Part shown: positions 11,641 through 26,589 of the stretch, one piece after another
Layout of the letters: every line of letters starts with the position of its first letter
Numbering within the stretch: position 1 is the first letter of the stretch
Assembly: GCA_977030845.1 (NCBI GenBank)
Contig: OZ365109.1
Span: 20,584,001 to 20,648,000, forward strand
Direction of reading: 5' to 3'
From: Fimbriosthenelais zetlandica
Taxonomy: Eukaryota
Length of the DNA stretch: 64,000 nt
Made by a program: the position numbers and the translations under genes
Notes under the pieces: generated by a model
Told to the model about the DNA's origin: nothing
What the model saw: the letters and a program-made list of their open reading frames with translations, nothing else
Databases searched by the model: none

Positions 11641-14600
11641 AGTGACGTGTATAGTAGTATCCATTTATATGAAAACAAGTAAGGCACACAGAAATTATGT
11701 ATTATGCTTAAAGACTGGAAGGGACAAAGGAATCTCACATCAATGGAAATATTGGATAAGCCTGAGTAAAATGTTAAGTTCATCTTGAGAGATCGTTACT
11801 CGTTGTTTTTGATACCATTAATCTTATTTATTACAATGGTCCTGTAAGTCAAGGTACTCCATTTCACTGAGTAAATTTCCAACAAAAGAGTCCTTCTCCA
11901 GACATAACTGGTAGAAGATATTTAACAGTCAGAGCTCTCTCTCTCTCCGAAAATAAAATAATAATTATTACAGTCGGCGATATTATATCTCTATATATAT
12001 ATATATATCGGTAAATGAAAAATGTCAGGCCTTGCCATCCTTGGCTGTTTAATTACCATATATAGCAGATCCCAATTACCGCCTGCTGAAATGATTGGAA
12101 TAGAGTCGAGCGAAAAATGAAATTATGGGATCCTCTTCTTTAATCATTAATTCTCTCCTCATCGGATTTCAGAGACTCCATTGGCTGCATACATTATAAA
12201 TTTTAATTTTTTAATTATTATAGGATAGGTTAGGCCTATACCACGGACCAAATATATATAATTGTATATAGGACTGTAGACTGGAGCCTTACTAAATGCG
12301 CCATGCACCCTTGGGACTGAACTAACAGTTAGTTTCTGAGTGGCATTATAGAGACTTTCATGACCAAGTTGTGTCACACATACAATGTGGTAATGGGTCG
12401 TATTTGGCTGTAAATCCCACTGTAGGTGAAATGTGGATAATTTTAAAACAGACCGACACTAAACTTCACTAGTGTTCAGAATATCACAGGCAATATAAGG
12501 CCCGAGTCTCACAACTGATTTATATCAGAGCAAATGGAAAGTTCTGGAAAGTGTCAAGCGCGACAAGGTTGTCAAACACGCCAGAACAATATAGCATACT
12601 ATAGATTCATGCATATTCTGGGAGGTGCCAGAACTGCCTGCTCGTCTCCCAGAGAGAATGCTTGGAATTGTTCCCCAATTATCACCCTAACGCTTGGGTT
12701 AATTATTATGTATGACTCAACCAGTCCAAGACTCACAAAATATCAAGAAATGGATTATGATGAATATCGTCATCGGAACTTATATGATTTGGTTCCCTAA
12801 TCCATTGTGGTCCTATCATGGAGCAATGTATGATTTGGTTCCCCAAGTCTGGTGAGTATGCCTTGACTTTATCAAAAAAACCTATTGTGGTATAAGCTCT
12901 TTGATTTATTTTTTAAAAATCTTGTGGAAAATAGAACCCATTTAATGGTCGGAAAGTGATATTATGGGCGTTTTACTGAAATGGTCATTATCTTTTTTCA
13001 GTATTGATTTTGATAATGAAAATTAAGGAAAACCAGATCTCCAAATCTACACAGATTTTGAACAGTAGGCTTATCTTATAAGTACTTGGTAACCAAGTCT
13101 GCAAGCCTTTCCAGCTGTTTCTGTATCCATGCATGATATGAACTCTCAGCCTGGGGTGAAGTCTCCCAGTTACCAAGTGACAAGGCTAGTCATATGCGGG
13201 AGGTGGACCACCAGCGTGTTGCGGTGAATATTGTGTCTGACCTCACAATCTCCAGTTTTGATATGTGCATGCACGATCAGTGACAAACTATCCCGACCCC
13301 TGTGTTTCAAGGGGTCAGCCTGCCAAAGCAAATACACGCCCTGAGAAATGGCATTCATGAAAGGTGGCAAACCCAACCTCATGCAATATGCCACTCCCCA
13401 GTAGAGGCAGGGCAAGATAAGCAATCGATAACCCAATGCTGAAATATAAGAATATTTAAGAAATATTTGCGTCAGAGGGATGATGGAAGGATCGACAGGT
13501 CAATTATGAAACCCTTTGCATGTAAATGAAGAATAAATTCATTCTCAGACGAGATGGCTATGTAGTTTTCCCCCGGTTCAAAAGCTTGTATTTAGCGTTA
13601 ATCAAACCTCATATATAATGGTCTAAAAACGAAATGAGTCTTGTTAGGATCGATATATAGTTATATTCTTGTTACTGGTTTGACGAGGGAGATGTGAAGC
13701 CCCCTTGACAGCCCTATAATTAAAGTCCGCTCCACTAATTGCGCCACAGAGGTTTCGATGTCGTTGGAAACACTAATGGATGCGGGATGCAGATTATGTC
13801 CTATTGTTAAGTGCTTACTACAGTCCTTTCCACAGGTCCAAGCCTTTAATATTTTAAATAACTTTTTGGGGACTTTTTTTCTGGGCCATTTGAGAATAGG
13901 TGAACTCATTTAAATAAGCAACATTGTTGGCTTAAAAGGTGTTAGATGGAAATACATCTAAAGAGATCTATATATTATTCACATCAGTTATCAGAGCTAA
14001 TATCAAAGTCAATTTAAATACATCAGTCACTGACGATTTGCGTCAGTTCCAATTGATTCCATATGGAACAACGAAACTCGTTTGATTCTGTGGCTTGGGA
14101 GCTTATCCCATGGGAAATTCTTTTCATCTAGATCATATTTAACAATGGGCTGTCAAGTAGATTGGCACTGACTGTTGTAGCAAACAGCTACTCTCAAATG
14201 GAGCCTACTTTTTGGGGTTCTTGATGCCTTTGATCACAGCTGCATAACATAACATTATTTGTTCTGCTATTTAATGTAGTAGCTCTTTGAAATGGAAATG
14301 ATATATAATGGGAGAGGTGGACGGGTGTGCTCCAAATCATCTCTGGTACAAGAGATAGATACGGTGGCTACATATGAAAAGACTGGGTCTTGCGTGTTCT
14401 CCACCAAGTGCTATAAAGGATCAGACCCAACCTGCTGGGGCTGGATGCAATGGCATTGAAGCCAGTGTCAGAAACCAGAATAAAATCGGCGTGAAACAGA
14501 ACCAAATCTACATGGAAGAGACCAGACCCTTTGGGGATGATCCCTTTAAGTTGATGAGCTCTTGTTTGTTCTACTAGAGTATGGTTTGTGGGTAAACACA

Positions 14601-17600
14601 TGCTGAATGTCATCTCTCCACATAAACTGCTCAAGGGTAAAGATGGACCACAACAGTAGTAAATTGCTACCTGACAAGCATACCCACAAAAGACGATACA
14701 GTAAATCAGAAAATGCGATGAGGTCAATGGGTATAACTCAGTTATGAGAAGAATTTATAGCCCCCCAGACTTGGGGCCCTTAATGCATGGACTCCTGGGG
14801 CCCACAATGATTTGTACACATGATGCATGTCACATAATTATGAATAGCTGCCCTTCTCTTTGCTGGAATTGCAATCATGCCATATATAAAACCAGGCGCG
14901 TCTATAAGCATGTGTCACACATATAAGATACATTCAGAAGCTGATCTAATAATGGGTATATTATGGTCTCCCATGGCGGAGGCAAATTTATCCAATCGGA
15001 TCAATTATGCGCGTCAGAAATTCACTTTGCTGCGTCCATCTCAAATGTGTGTCCCCCCATCTGTCTGGTGGGAATCGATCAAGGGACCAGGCCAGCACCG
15101 GCACAACTACTGACCTGTGAGTAATTGGACCTACGGGAGGATCACACTCAAAAACTGTGAAAGTGGTCCACATTTATTAAATATAACAAGCATTCCTTCA
15201 ACATCAGAGTTGGGATAATTACGTCATATCAGCTTTTCATTATGCATCCATGGATATCGACCTCATAAATAATCACTTTCAATGCAATGGACTAGAGATA
15301 ATATGGCTTGAACAGACCAGAGCGTTTTTGCCTTGTATGCTAATAATAAGGATAGATTGGGATGCACATGGATAGGGCTGAGGGAGAGGAAACTTGCATC
15401 GGAAAGAATATTTGCTGCGATGAGTGTCAAGTGATTTCGATAAAGGCATCAATTTAGCATCTTGTCTTCGACAGCTCTACCTGACATATAATTCAATATG
15501 TATTTTTTTCTTAATACAATATGTAATTACCATACATATGTAAAACCATCAAGCCTGAATTGTATTTGCCTGCAAGGTATATAATCGATCTATACCAGTT
15601 TTGTATTGGATTCTCTGAGCCTTTTCTTGGTACAAATCGATTCATTAGGATATTGCTACAACCATTGGGGCTAATACCATTGAGAAGTGGTTTAAGTTAT
15701 GGGTTAGCTTGCCTCTCGAGATAAGACACTGATATAGGGTGTGTTATTTTGGGCTGCACAGACCCTCGTGGATTGAGTGGGTCAGAGTTTTGCACATCTG
15801 GATGACTGCGAAACTGAAATAAGCACCATTAGCTCCGTTAACTGACAAGGGGGAGAGTTGGCAAGGAAACTTCTGAAACCCAGATATAATTATAGATACA
15901 CTAGAACATAAACCGTTGTAGCAACGAGTGATGAGTATATAATTCTATACTCATTAGTTATAGTTAGGGCCAGGTGGGGAAGTGGTTTCCTGCTTATAAC
16001 TCAAAACGCTCAGCTCAAGTCAATGACTGAAATGCATCAATTATATGTCAGTGGGAAAAATAATACTTGAAATAATGATCCGTCTGATCATAGTATATGA
16101 TAGATGTATGTGGGATTTCACTAAGATTTAAACCCATCAAAATATCTCAAATTTCTTAATATTTCTTGTTTTGAATGATTTGTGTCTTGTTGGAGATATG
16201 GGGTATCACCAAAGTGAAGAAGAAACCACCGGCTAAAGTAAAAATGCTGAGGAAGCAAATTTATATTTTTCAAACTGACTGAGCTGGGTGAGTGTGTTCC
16301 ACATAAAATAGTCAATGAGGATCGGTCAGATATTATCTTCTTAATTGGATCTTTTTTCACCATTCATGGTTGAGGCATCATCAGGCATGATCGCCCTGAA
16401 TTTCTGCTATGCTTCACTGGAGCTATCAACTCTTGCAAAATACTGGCACCAGCTGATAAGAAATTTTTAAAAACCTGCTACTTCAAGTGCCTCCCATGAT
16501 TCCTTATAACTTGAGATGACTTTTTTTGGAGGATCTGGCGGTTCTCACTAAGAAATGCTCTGCAGCTCTGATACTACAAGATCAATGCTATCTTTCTGAA
16601 ATTTAATGACAATAATAATTCCCTGTTTTTTCGCTACCTTAGTATTTGATGATATCACATTAAATATTTTTCAAAAGGGCCCGGGAAAATGGTAGGGAAA
16701 ATGAAAAAAATGAACATAAAATACTACGTAGTTATATAAAAAAAAAACTTAGGAGAATGCCTTAGGAGAATGTTCATGAGGAAATAACAAATAGGCCTAT
16801 CAAGAAAAAAATAAATGACAATTCCAACGAATCCAATATTCCCTTTACCAAGGTTATGAGAAGAAATGCTGTTGTAAACGGTCTCTAGTAGTAGTTATTG
16901 GGAGTACAGCTGAAGAAAATGCAGGGTATATTGGTGTATTCTGAGCAGCTCGTGAGCAGCCAGAAATCGCTCAGCGATGACTCAGGCGGAAAGCTCTGAG
17001 TGTGGACAAGTAAACAATCCCTCCACCAACAGACAGCAGGGCCAGAGAGCGGGTCGGATGTGGGTCAGTATGGCGAAATAGAGAGAGAATATTTTTCCTA
17101 TTTTTCCTTCATATCATCCAGGGCAAAAGTATGATAACTCTCCGGTATCCACTTGGTATATCATAAAGGAAGTTGACGTTGAATACAATCGATCCAATGG
17201 CAATCAGATCACAGAGCGATGCTGGATATCCACGATCTTGTTTCACATAGAACAACTGAGTATACTGCAAAGGCCTATATATATACACACCTATGAGTAA
17301 CTATTAAAATATGCAATGATTTTCACAGTTTCTGTCCTGTCGATAAACTTGTAACGCAAACTTTTATGAGGATCCTGATGCAGGATGTAAAAGTACTAGT
17401 GTAAGTGTCCACAGAGTGTAGAGATGTGTGTATATGATTATGAGTGGTGCCCGTAGTGGTGGTCTACATAGAGGGCTATCTAGGATGAGCAACTCAAGAG
17501 GGGCTCACTCACTCACTCAGTCAGTAAAACCCTGCCCTCGCCGGTCCATCCAATACCACCTCCCTCGCTCCTATTTCTGGTATAACATTGAAGGCAAGTA

Positions 17601-17619
17601 TAGCACAAGTATGGAGGTC

Positions 17620-17760
17620 CATGCAAACAGTAGTTCCTCCCACTTCTGACCTGTTTATAACAACTCTTTCACTTATTCCTCTGATCCAGTGACTGGCCCG
17701 GTTTTTAGCTTGAGCCCGTGAGTTCATCCCATCCCCACGGATGTTCCAGACTTGGTACCA
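17620..17760 (-). mobile_element. Possible L1/Tx1-type AP endonuclease N-terminal remnant
   Basis: VWNIRGDGMNSRAQAK resembles the SWNVRGLN motif; next to a CCA/CT-rich low-complexity tract (17755-17880). Confidence 0.3.
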
Positions 17761-20700
17761 CCACCACCACCTCCTACCACCACCACCACACACCACCACT
17801 ATTCCAACTAAAACTACTCCACCACCTCCTCCCTCCCTCCTCCTCTCTCTACTCTCCCACTCCTCTCCTTATTCCAGTTTCCAGCACTGCTCCCGAGTAG
17901 CTCCAGCGCAGCGACCTCACCCCCTACCATCACTAGCCTACTCGCTCGCATCATCTCCAACCCAGCTCGCTGGTCTCTGTGAAGATACCAACTATAGTCA
18001 ACCTCACAACTATTTGCACTCAAGGGCTAATAGGGATAAAGGGCCCACTGAGTTTTTTCGTTGGAGGTGGTGGGATTTTTAAAAAAAATTGTATTTGAAT
18101 TGTATAACTAACTACACCATGCACATTTCCATTTAAGTCGTAAGAGGTCGCAAGATAACTATATCTATATAGTTGAAAAACTATACAAGATAAACTCAAC
18201 AACTGCAAGACATTCCCACAACTACCATAAGCGCATTAGCCAGTGCGGCACTTGCGTTACTAGCGCCACTATACTAGCGCCAGGCTGACTGAAACCAATT
18301 CCGCAATTGTGCAAATTCAATGCCATTTACTGGGGGAAATAAGCATGGACAACCTCAAATTCGAACAGAAGGTGTGATTTTTCATAGCATGCACATCTCA
18401 CTTCGCAACAGCCCCCCCCCCCCCCCCCCACAACACCGAAAAATGCAATATCAATCAAGAAGAACTATATGAAGAGACCCGCCATCGACTTGTGATGGTG
18501 GTGATCCAATCCTACTTCCAGTCATGTCATTGGAAGACAAACTTGTGCTCATCCTGAATGGCAAATCTATTGGAGCCATCGCGTTCTGGTAGAGATCATC
18601 CTGGCGAGAGAAAGCAAGCAAGCAAGCAACCTGAGGAAGCATGAGGTTTTTCCGGACTTGGGGAAACTCATTGCCCCTTGGATGTCTACCGGCTGAGTGG
18701 GCAAAAGTCAGCGATTTTTAACACGCCCTCTATCCCTGGAGGCATTGGCAGACGTATTGATCGGGTGGAAATCCTCCGAGCGCAATGAATTGCATTGTTT
18801 TTATTGACAGGCCCATTGCTTTCTTGCAAAGCCAATTTTGTCCCATTAGCAAATTATACTTGCCCCTAAGGAGCCGCATTTGTCAAGCGAAGGAGAGCTG
18901 CTGATAAATGATAACATTACAGAAATTAGAATGAATTCAACAGGGTACACATTGGTTTTCCTCCGGGGAGGGTCTTCCTCTCAGTTATTAAACCAAGGAC
19001 GGTCACAAAAATCAATTTATATTTACATCTGGATGCATACATATGCCCAGAGCTGTCAATCATCAGAAAGAGTTTCTAACCCATATCTGATTACTTGACG
19101 CCTCTTGTGGTGCATAATAAAATGCCACCAAGGATATGCTGGCAACCAAAAGTGAAAAGAGCCAAAGAGACCTGAGCTTAGATGCGATGCGATGGAAAGG
19201 AACGACCGCCTCACAATGTTTTGTTAAAGGAAATGGTGTAAATCAAGTATCTTTAAGACTTTAAAAAGATTGGCCATGAAATAATGAATAAAATGATGAA
19301 ACACAATGCCAGAAATAATATTGGGCTTTCGATTGAAATATATTTCGAAAGTCAGCAAGCCGACAGAAACAGACCCGATTGTAATTATCTGCAAAGACAC
19401 TTTATCTTCACCATTGCCCTATTTTAAATTCCCAAATCCATCGATTGAATGGAAGAAATATACAAAATCTGACAGTCATTTGGCGTCAACCGGATTGGTG
19501 CATCAGGGTACTCATTGATTAAAGGAGTCAGGTCAAGAAATGAAGCAATGCTTTTAAAGATGTTTCAATGTGTCTGTCAGTAAATAAAACACATAGTGGA
19601 TGTCACTCATGGCAAATGAAGCCATTGCATCAACCATTTCCCAACAAACGACCAACCAATGCAAGCTCAATGGGCGCAATCAAGCTGGCGTGAAGAATGA
19701 TGCAGGGTGCTTTTACTGTCGTTCTATATCGGAACATCGAAAAAAACTCGAACGAAACAAAAAACTATCCACCGTCCAGAATCCTGCTAAATTGCCGTCA
19801 ACATATATAAAATCAGCAGCGAAAGCGTGCCAGAACGTGTGCATAAAGCAGCGTTTATGGGAGGCATTTTAGAGCTGTCTCCAGCACCATCAGGTCATTC
19901 AGCAAAGTTCCCAGAGAAAGGCCGGTAAAGCCTGATGAACGGGGGATGAGCCCAGGGTGGCACCTCACCACTGACAGTCCGGGATTACGCCCACATATCC
20001 AGTCCCACGACTGGCATCCAGATAAGCCAGAATACCTAGCGGTGGAAAAACGCCTGTAAAGCCAGTATAACTTCCCTCTATATCGTCCGGGGGGGGGGGG
20101 GGGGGATGGGGGATGAGGAGCCAACTGGAAGGGAAGGAGTGGGGGCACGCTCAAAACTACAGGGCAGGGCAGAGCTCCCTTGGCAGATCTGGCTGGATTT
20201 CAAAGGTATAGAGATCGAAAATAAAAAGCCAAGCCAAGCATATACTATTTCTCTATGATGATTACGTAAATGAGCCATTTGAGTCTAGTCGCCCCCCCCC
20301 CCCTCTATTTCTCCATTCTCTCTCACTCTCTCTTTCTCTCCTCATCTAACTCTCCAGTCTCTTCTCTTCCAATTTCTATGCCAATTTCATGCCTCCAATT
20401 CATGAATTACAAAGAGGAGACAATTGAGGACTTGGCAATGAGACTGCCTTGAGCAGTTCCCTTATATTGTAGGAGGGCGGACGGAGTCTCAAGTTGCTGA
20501 TGAGTTTATAATAGGATACCGAGCTCAATCTATAGCCGGGATGGATGATTCAGCAATAATGGCATCCTTTAGTGGATTGCTGTGTGTATTTGAGTTGTAC
20601 TGGGAGGAACGTAGGCGAGAAGAGATGATTACTGAAGATGGTTCACTCACTTTTGATTTGGTGACAAATGCTATCGGACAGAATGACATTATTATAGTGA

Positions 20701-21279
20701 TAAGCAATATCCTAAGGGAAAAGATATCGAGACTCTATGTTCTTATTAGCATCTCATGCTTGGGTCTTTCAGTTTCAGAGCTGGAGTTAATGATAGAACA
20801 TATTGAACATTGAGAATTATAATTGAAGATGGACGATAGGAGCATCGCATTAAGGGACATCAATTAAGAACTTCCCCTGTAAACAAGGAGAATGATTGGG
20901 ACTGGTAGTGATCGCTCATCTTGTCGTCTCAATCACACAAGAACGCCATTTTGTAAACAAATACATCAGCATCAGATCTGATACTTGAAAATCATTGGCA
21001 AAATCATCAGCCATTAAGTTATCATAAACTGAGCACATTTCAATAAATGGTCAATTAGTGTGGAAACAGCAGGGATTGTGTTAGAAAGAGGAGAAAATGG
21101 GCAGTTAAATCATTCACGCTGACGGTGGGATTTATGGCTGACATTTTGCATAAATCTCACCGCAGATAATGGCAGACATTTCTAGCTTTTACATGCCTCT
21201 CATCACAGGTACAAATGTAGTAGGAGATATGGATACTTTTATACATACCTAATCCTAGTCAGCAGTAGGACGGCAAATT

Positions 21280-21347
21280 TGGAGGCCACTCGGGGAATTG
21301 AACCCAGGACCAAGGCAAACACCCTACTACTGTCTAAGCCATGGACC
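21280..21347 (-). pseudogene. tRNA-like sequence (tRNA pseudogene or SINE head)
   Basis: Minus strand GGTCCATGGCTTAGACAGTAG...CCTGGGTTCAATTCCCCGAGTGGCCTCCA. A-box-like TGGCTTAG, B-box GGTTCAATTCC, imperfect acceptor stem, ends in CCA; anticodon arm shortened. Confidence 0.45.
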
Positions 21348-23086
21348 TGAGAGTGAGAGGGAATTAACCCTTGGCGCCTTGGAACCTTTCGTTATTTCCC
21401 TGGGCCTGAATTTTAATGAAGGTCATCATGTTGTAACATTATGGCAGGGCCGCAGGTAAACATTTTCCAATTTCCCAGCTCGTGTCAGGCGATACTTCAA
21501 GGGGGTGAATAACGTTAAGTAAAAATTTAAGAGAAAATTCCGAATTTGAGGTCGAAAATAAAGTGATAACTCCAAAAGAAGCTCAGAAAACTAATGCGAA
21601 CATATCAATAGGAATCGGTCACTTTTAAGCTTTATTAAGAAGCTGCATAAGCTATTAATATTATTATGTCCATGCACATCATTAAAAAGCTGATTCACAA
21701 AAGAGACTTCTGCCACCAAAGCAGAACATTAACTATTAGGTTGATATTTTGCTATTTTGCCTGTAGTCACCTCAAATTAACATATAGATTAGCTTTCGTT
21801 CTGCCCTGCCCGGTGGGTATTGAAAATGCCCTCAATCATAGAGACTGGAAATATCCAGCAATAAAGAGTGCTGGGTCGTCATGTAGACTGGACTGGTGGA
21901 CTGGACTGGAGAGAGAGAGAAAGAGAGAGAGAGGGAATTGGGGAGAGAGAATTTGGGAGAGATACAAGGGGAGAGAGAGAATGAATCCCAATATAAGAGC
22001 TTAGGGTACCGGTCCAGTGCCTTTCCACGGGTGATAACACAATATCCTCATTTCCGAAAAAAAATATTCTGCTCTTATAGCAAAGGTTCCTGTTTGTATG
22101 TTAAAAAAGAAGAAAGTTATCTTCTATGCCATGCAGGAAACGTTTGCCCTCGAATCCATTCCGGACAGCTTTTGTCAATATCAATTTTAATGTTTTTTTC
22201 CCTTCCGTATTCTTCATGCGTGGGCAGAACCTGATAATTGGTGGTCCTGTTTTAATTTTCCTCACCAAATGATTTGTGTTGTGTTTTAGGCTGGATTTTG
22301 AACGATCACCAATACTTCAACTTAATTTCTTCTTTTTTTCTTTGGCAGAAATATGGAAAGTCTGGGATCTGTTTGAGGGTTGGGGCATCAAGTAGGACCT
22401 CGGCAATTCATCAGGGAAATAAATGGCAACATAACTGAGGCATTTGTCTGAAATCCAAACATTCCTCCATATCTTATGTGTTTTAATTCAGGAAGGGTTA
22501 TACTAAGTAGTGGCAACCCATTGATTGATTTAAAATTAGGCCATATTTAATTGAATCCAAGAAGCCTGCTTCAGTCACAAAGCACTAATTCAGTATTCAA
22601 CATTCCGGAATATCCATAACTTAAACAAAGTCAATTCCAAAGGCAGTATATTCATCCTACATGCCCTATATTCCACCAACTTCAAATCAGAAATTGCTCT
22701 AGGTTACCGAACACATTTCAGCAATTATACTTCAGTTCAGTTCACTGGGTTTGGAGCCGGCCGCAGCTCTTAAATTACCAAAGGCACATTTTGCCGAGCA
22801 AGAGTTGAGGAGAGTAGTTTGGAAGGTGGACCTTTCACCGTGAGAGGGCAATATCTAATTACCTCAGCCTAAAGGTCATAAGGTGGTCTTCTTCTCCCAA
22901 GTCCTTAAACCACCCAATTAGTGGAAAACAGGTCCCGCTTGAATAGTTAGATCCTCTCAGGCCCTGCTCAGCCTCAATGGATGCAGGGCAACGACCTGTA
23001 GCCGACTCAAAGAGAAGGCATGGAATGAAACACTTGATAATTTGGAGGTGAACAAACGAGGCAATCAAGACCATGTGCTCTCATGA

Positions 23087-23380
23087 GCAACGTCATTCAG
23101 CAGTTGATTAATCAAGAAATGGAGCTTCAACGAGCGGTGTCCAAAGCAGGGTTCACACAACCTTTGGGGTGAAGCTGAATGAGCTTTTTGTTTTTCCCTG
23201 AGATCGATTTCAAAGGAGTATATATGCAACGTCATTCAGGAGCTGATTTATCAAGAAATGGAGCTTCATACACATTGGAACAAGGTCTCCATTTTCAACG
23301 AGTTGTGTCCAAAGCAGGGTTCAAACAACCTTTGGGATGAAGCTGAATGAGCTTTTTGTTTTTCCCTAAGATCGATTTCA
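23087..23380. repeat. Imperfect tandem duplication (~126 and ~155 bp copies)
   Basis: gcaacgtcattcag...agatcgatttca occurs at 23087-23212 and 23226-23380; the second copy has an extra internal segment. Confidence 0.9.
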
Positions 23381-24479
23381 GGATAGTATGCATGGGACTA
23401 AGCATTCATAAATTTATATACTCGTGTACTGTGACACAACATACCAACTAGAGTCTGTCTACCGTTAACTTTGGAGTAAAATCCCCAGTAATAATCTCTC
23501 TAAACGGGAAATTAATTTGGTGGGCTGTGACTGCAGAAATTCACTAAATATCTCAATTTTCCATAACCATAACATTTTTGAGAAACTGCCTAATTGCATC
23601 ACTTTCATAATTATGGGCCTACCCATAACAATATCATTTTCCCGGGTTTCAAATTCTTTTCCATGACTGGTAGAAACCTTCCAAAGTCCCTGACTTCATA
23701 TTCAAGTGTAAAGTATGATTCAAATAGAACCTATTGTACAATGTTGAACAGGGCAAGCCTGGAAATAGGCCAATTTAAAATGTCAGAAGCAACATAACAG
23801 GTCCAAACACTTTAGCTATATCTTGTTATCGCTCAGCTACAGCTTCTCCCCAAGCGACTGACATTCTCCTCTGCTAGTTGACTTTCTAAATGACCTCCTG
23901 AGTGACCTCCTGTTATACACCAGTGGATCAGTAGAGATGGCAATATGGCTAATCTTACAATAGTAACTTCTAGGAGCTATATAATTGTGGAAGAAAAATA
24001 GGCAAATGCAATAGCTGTTATGAGAAACCTATTCAGAAGGAACCAAGCAATACATTTGATTAACTGAAGAATGGGACCATTAGTAAAAATAAAGGGAAGG
24101 TCAATAATATAAAAATATTCAAGTGAATTTTTCTTGTAACATAGAAAGTTATACTAATTTTCTTCATGCTCCCTTTGTTTTACCGAGTGGAACATAGAAT
24201 TCCATTTTTTACACATTGCTAATTCTTCCTTTTATCTTGTCATATTCTGGTAGTACCCTTCAGTTAGACCCACTTTCATGTAGAACTTGTTTCCTCTAAT
24301 CTAAATCTAATAGTCCATGCTACATGTGCAGTGCTGTATCTTAAGATCACCAACGTATCTCTGGAACAAAAGCCAACTTTTGAATAAGCAATGCCTGTGC
24401 AAGACAGAACATCCAGTGCTTGAGAGCAATTTTCATACGTTTGTAAGTGATTTGCAGCTGTATATCGCTGTGGAGGATC

Positions 24480-24575
24480 CTATTTGGTGCTTTACAAATG
24501 TACTTTTAGTGCCAACAGAAGCTACAGCAATGGATGTGCTGAAACTCCCTATCGAACACGAGGGGAGAGCGAGGA
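24480..24575 (-). mobile_element. Possible LINE RT remnant
   Basis: RVR*GVSAHPLL*LLL resembles GVRQGxxLSPLLFxL. Confidence 0.3.
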
Positions 24576-26589
24576 ACACAAAGCGGCCGTAAAACCAGCG
24601 GACAAAATGGATCTACACCCAGTCAATATGAAAGCCAGAGGCATTTTAATTACCTGGCAAGGCTATATCTCATAGATATTCCTCGCTCCATCCATCCATG
24701 GCTCCCTCGAAAATCATTATTACAGCACTTAAACATCGGAGCCTCCCTGCAAGCATGCAATCTTTACGCCCCTATTCTAGATGCCCATCGTCTATTTGTC
24801 TACGCTTCACATAAACCAACGAGTTTATCTTGCGGGGAGTTGGGTACAGCCATAGCCCTTGTTTAGGACCTCAGCAGAATGCCTTCAACAATCCATGCGA
24901 GGCTTTTTTTATTTTGTTCGCCCGGTCGGCGTCCCACCAAAAACCCCAGCGGAGCGATAAATAGTAACTAGGTGGCTTAGAGCCCAGCGATACATCTCAG
25001 CTGGGAGAAAGCATACCTGCCAGTCGTAATAGGGGGAGTGGGATACTTTAGACTTGACCAGGAGAGGGTCTTTACTGAAAGGAGAAAACTATGTTTAAGT
25101 TTGACCTCCCATGCAGAAAGTTGCAGTCCATACATTTTAGGCTCCTCAAGTTAGCTTGGAAAGATTGAGAAGTTTGAGAGTCTTTTAATGGGTGAATTTA
25201 ATGTCTATTCGAAAGTCTGCTCAATAGATTTTTCTGGGTAAAAGGCCTTGTCTTTATGTTCAATGAAACATAACAATAGATTATGACAAGTTTTAGTGCT
25301 TTTCGAGGATTTTAAACCTATGATTATGACACTGAGACTGTCATTAAAAAGCAACAAAATGTGTTATTATGAGTCTTGAATCAGTGGTGAATGCCCTGAG
25401 TCTTCCATGCCTTGCGTGCCTGCGTGTTCATAGAACCAAAAACCTTCTCCATGAAGCATACTACTCTAGAAAAAGTTCCATTCAGGCAGTAAAAATGTGC
25501 TCTTGCATGATATGATCTTCCGTGTTCTTAATCAGAAAGAAATCTTTCTGAGTACCAGTATCAAATACCTTACAGAACACAGAGTCGGTATAACAAGTTA
25601 CATTTAAATTTCCCATAACTATGTATAATGGAAAATCAAGATTTAACATTGTATAGGGCCTAATATGATTAGTCGTAGTATTTATTACCCAACGAAATTA
25701 AAAGATGACTCCCACCATCTGAGTGAATTTAAACTCTCCAAGTGATATTCTAGTACCATCCTTGACCATTGCATTATATACAAGGTTTTTCAGAACAGGG
25801 CCAGGGGAGAATAATTGACCAATTTCAGAATGTTGAGGTCCTCCTGTTGCAAGGTCCCATTTCTTTATCCTACTCATTAGTCGACCACTGGGGAAACTAA
25901 ACCACCAGCGCCTGATGTTGCGACGTTGCGTGCAGTAGTTGTTTCTATATGTCCCTCCCTGCAAGCAGTAAACCTGCGTGTATTTACCAGAAAAAGCTTA
26001 CATTATATGTAAACGTCTAGCCTAGCTCCAGGGCTCTTCACTTCCAGTCAGGGAAATAACTTGGACACTTGAGACATGCACTCATTGTTGGGAGATAATA
26101 ACTTGTAGTTAACTCTTCCCAATAAAAATTAAAAATAACATTTTTAAAAGATATATTTTAGGACATCAGGATGTGAATCGGAATGTTTCTGACATCTGTC
26201 AAGAAGGCACTAGGACTGAGGTTTCGATTTATTCACTATGAAAAATTCGGGAAAACATGGCAAACGTCTAACCAGAAAGGTTTACAACAAATAGCAAGAA
26301 GCATATTTCAAGAGTTTGCAAGGTTAATCACTTTCTCACAGCTCTGTCCACAACTTAAAGGTGCATCCACACTGGATGTGTGCGTGAGGGCCCGTATGTT
26401 AAAACTAACTGCAGTGCCCCAAATGCGTGCGGTTCCGAAGGCGTGCTTATTATATAAAGCAAAAATAAAAGCCATTATTATTAATATAATACACTGGTCC
26501 CCTGACTGCCTTATATAAAAGAATATCATTGGCTTAAAATATAGCAGCCAATGAGATGACATAAACAGATTAACCCCGGTGATTATATT

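Noticed and set aside
16849-16909. 61-nt minus-strand exon candidate
   Set aside because: Moderate donor (GTAAAG), stops in all frames, no other support.
24913-24935. Resemblance to mature miR-375
   Set aside because: Several mismatches and no complementary arm to form a precursor hairpin.
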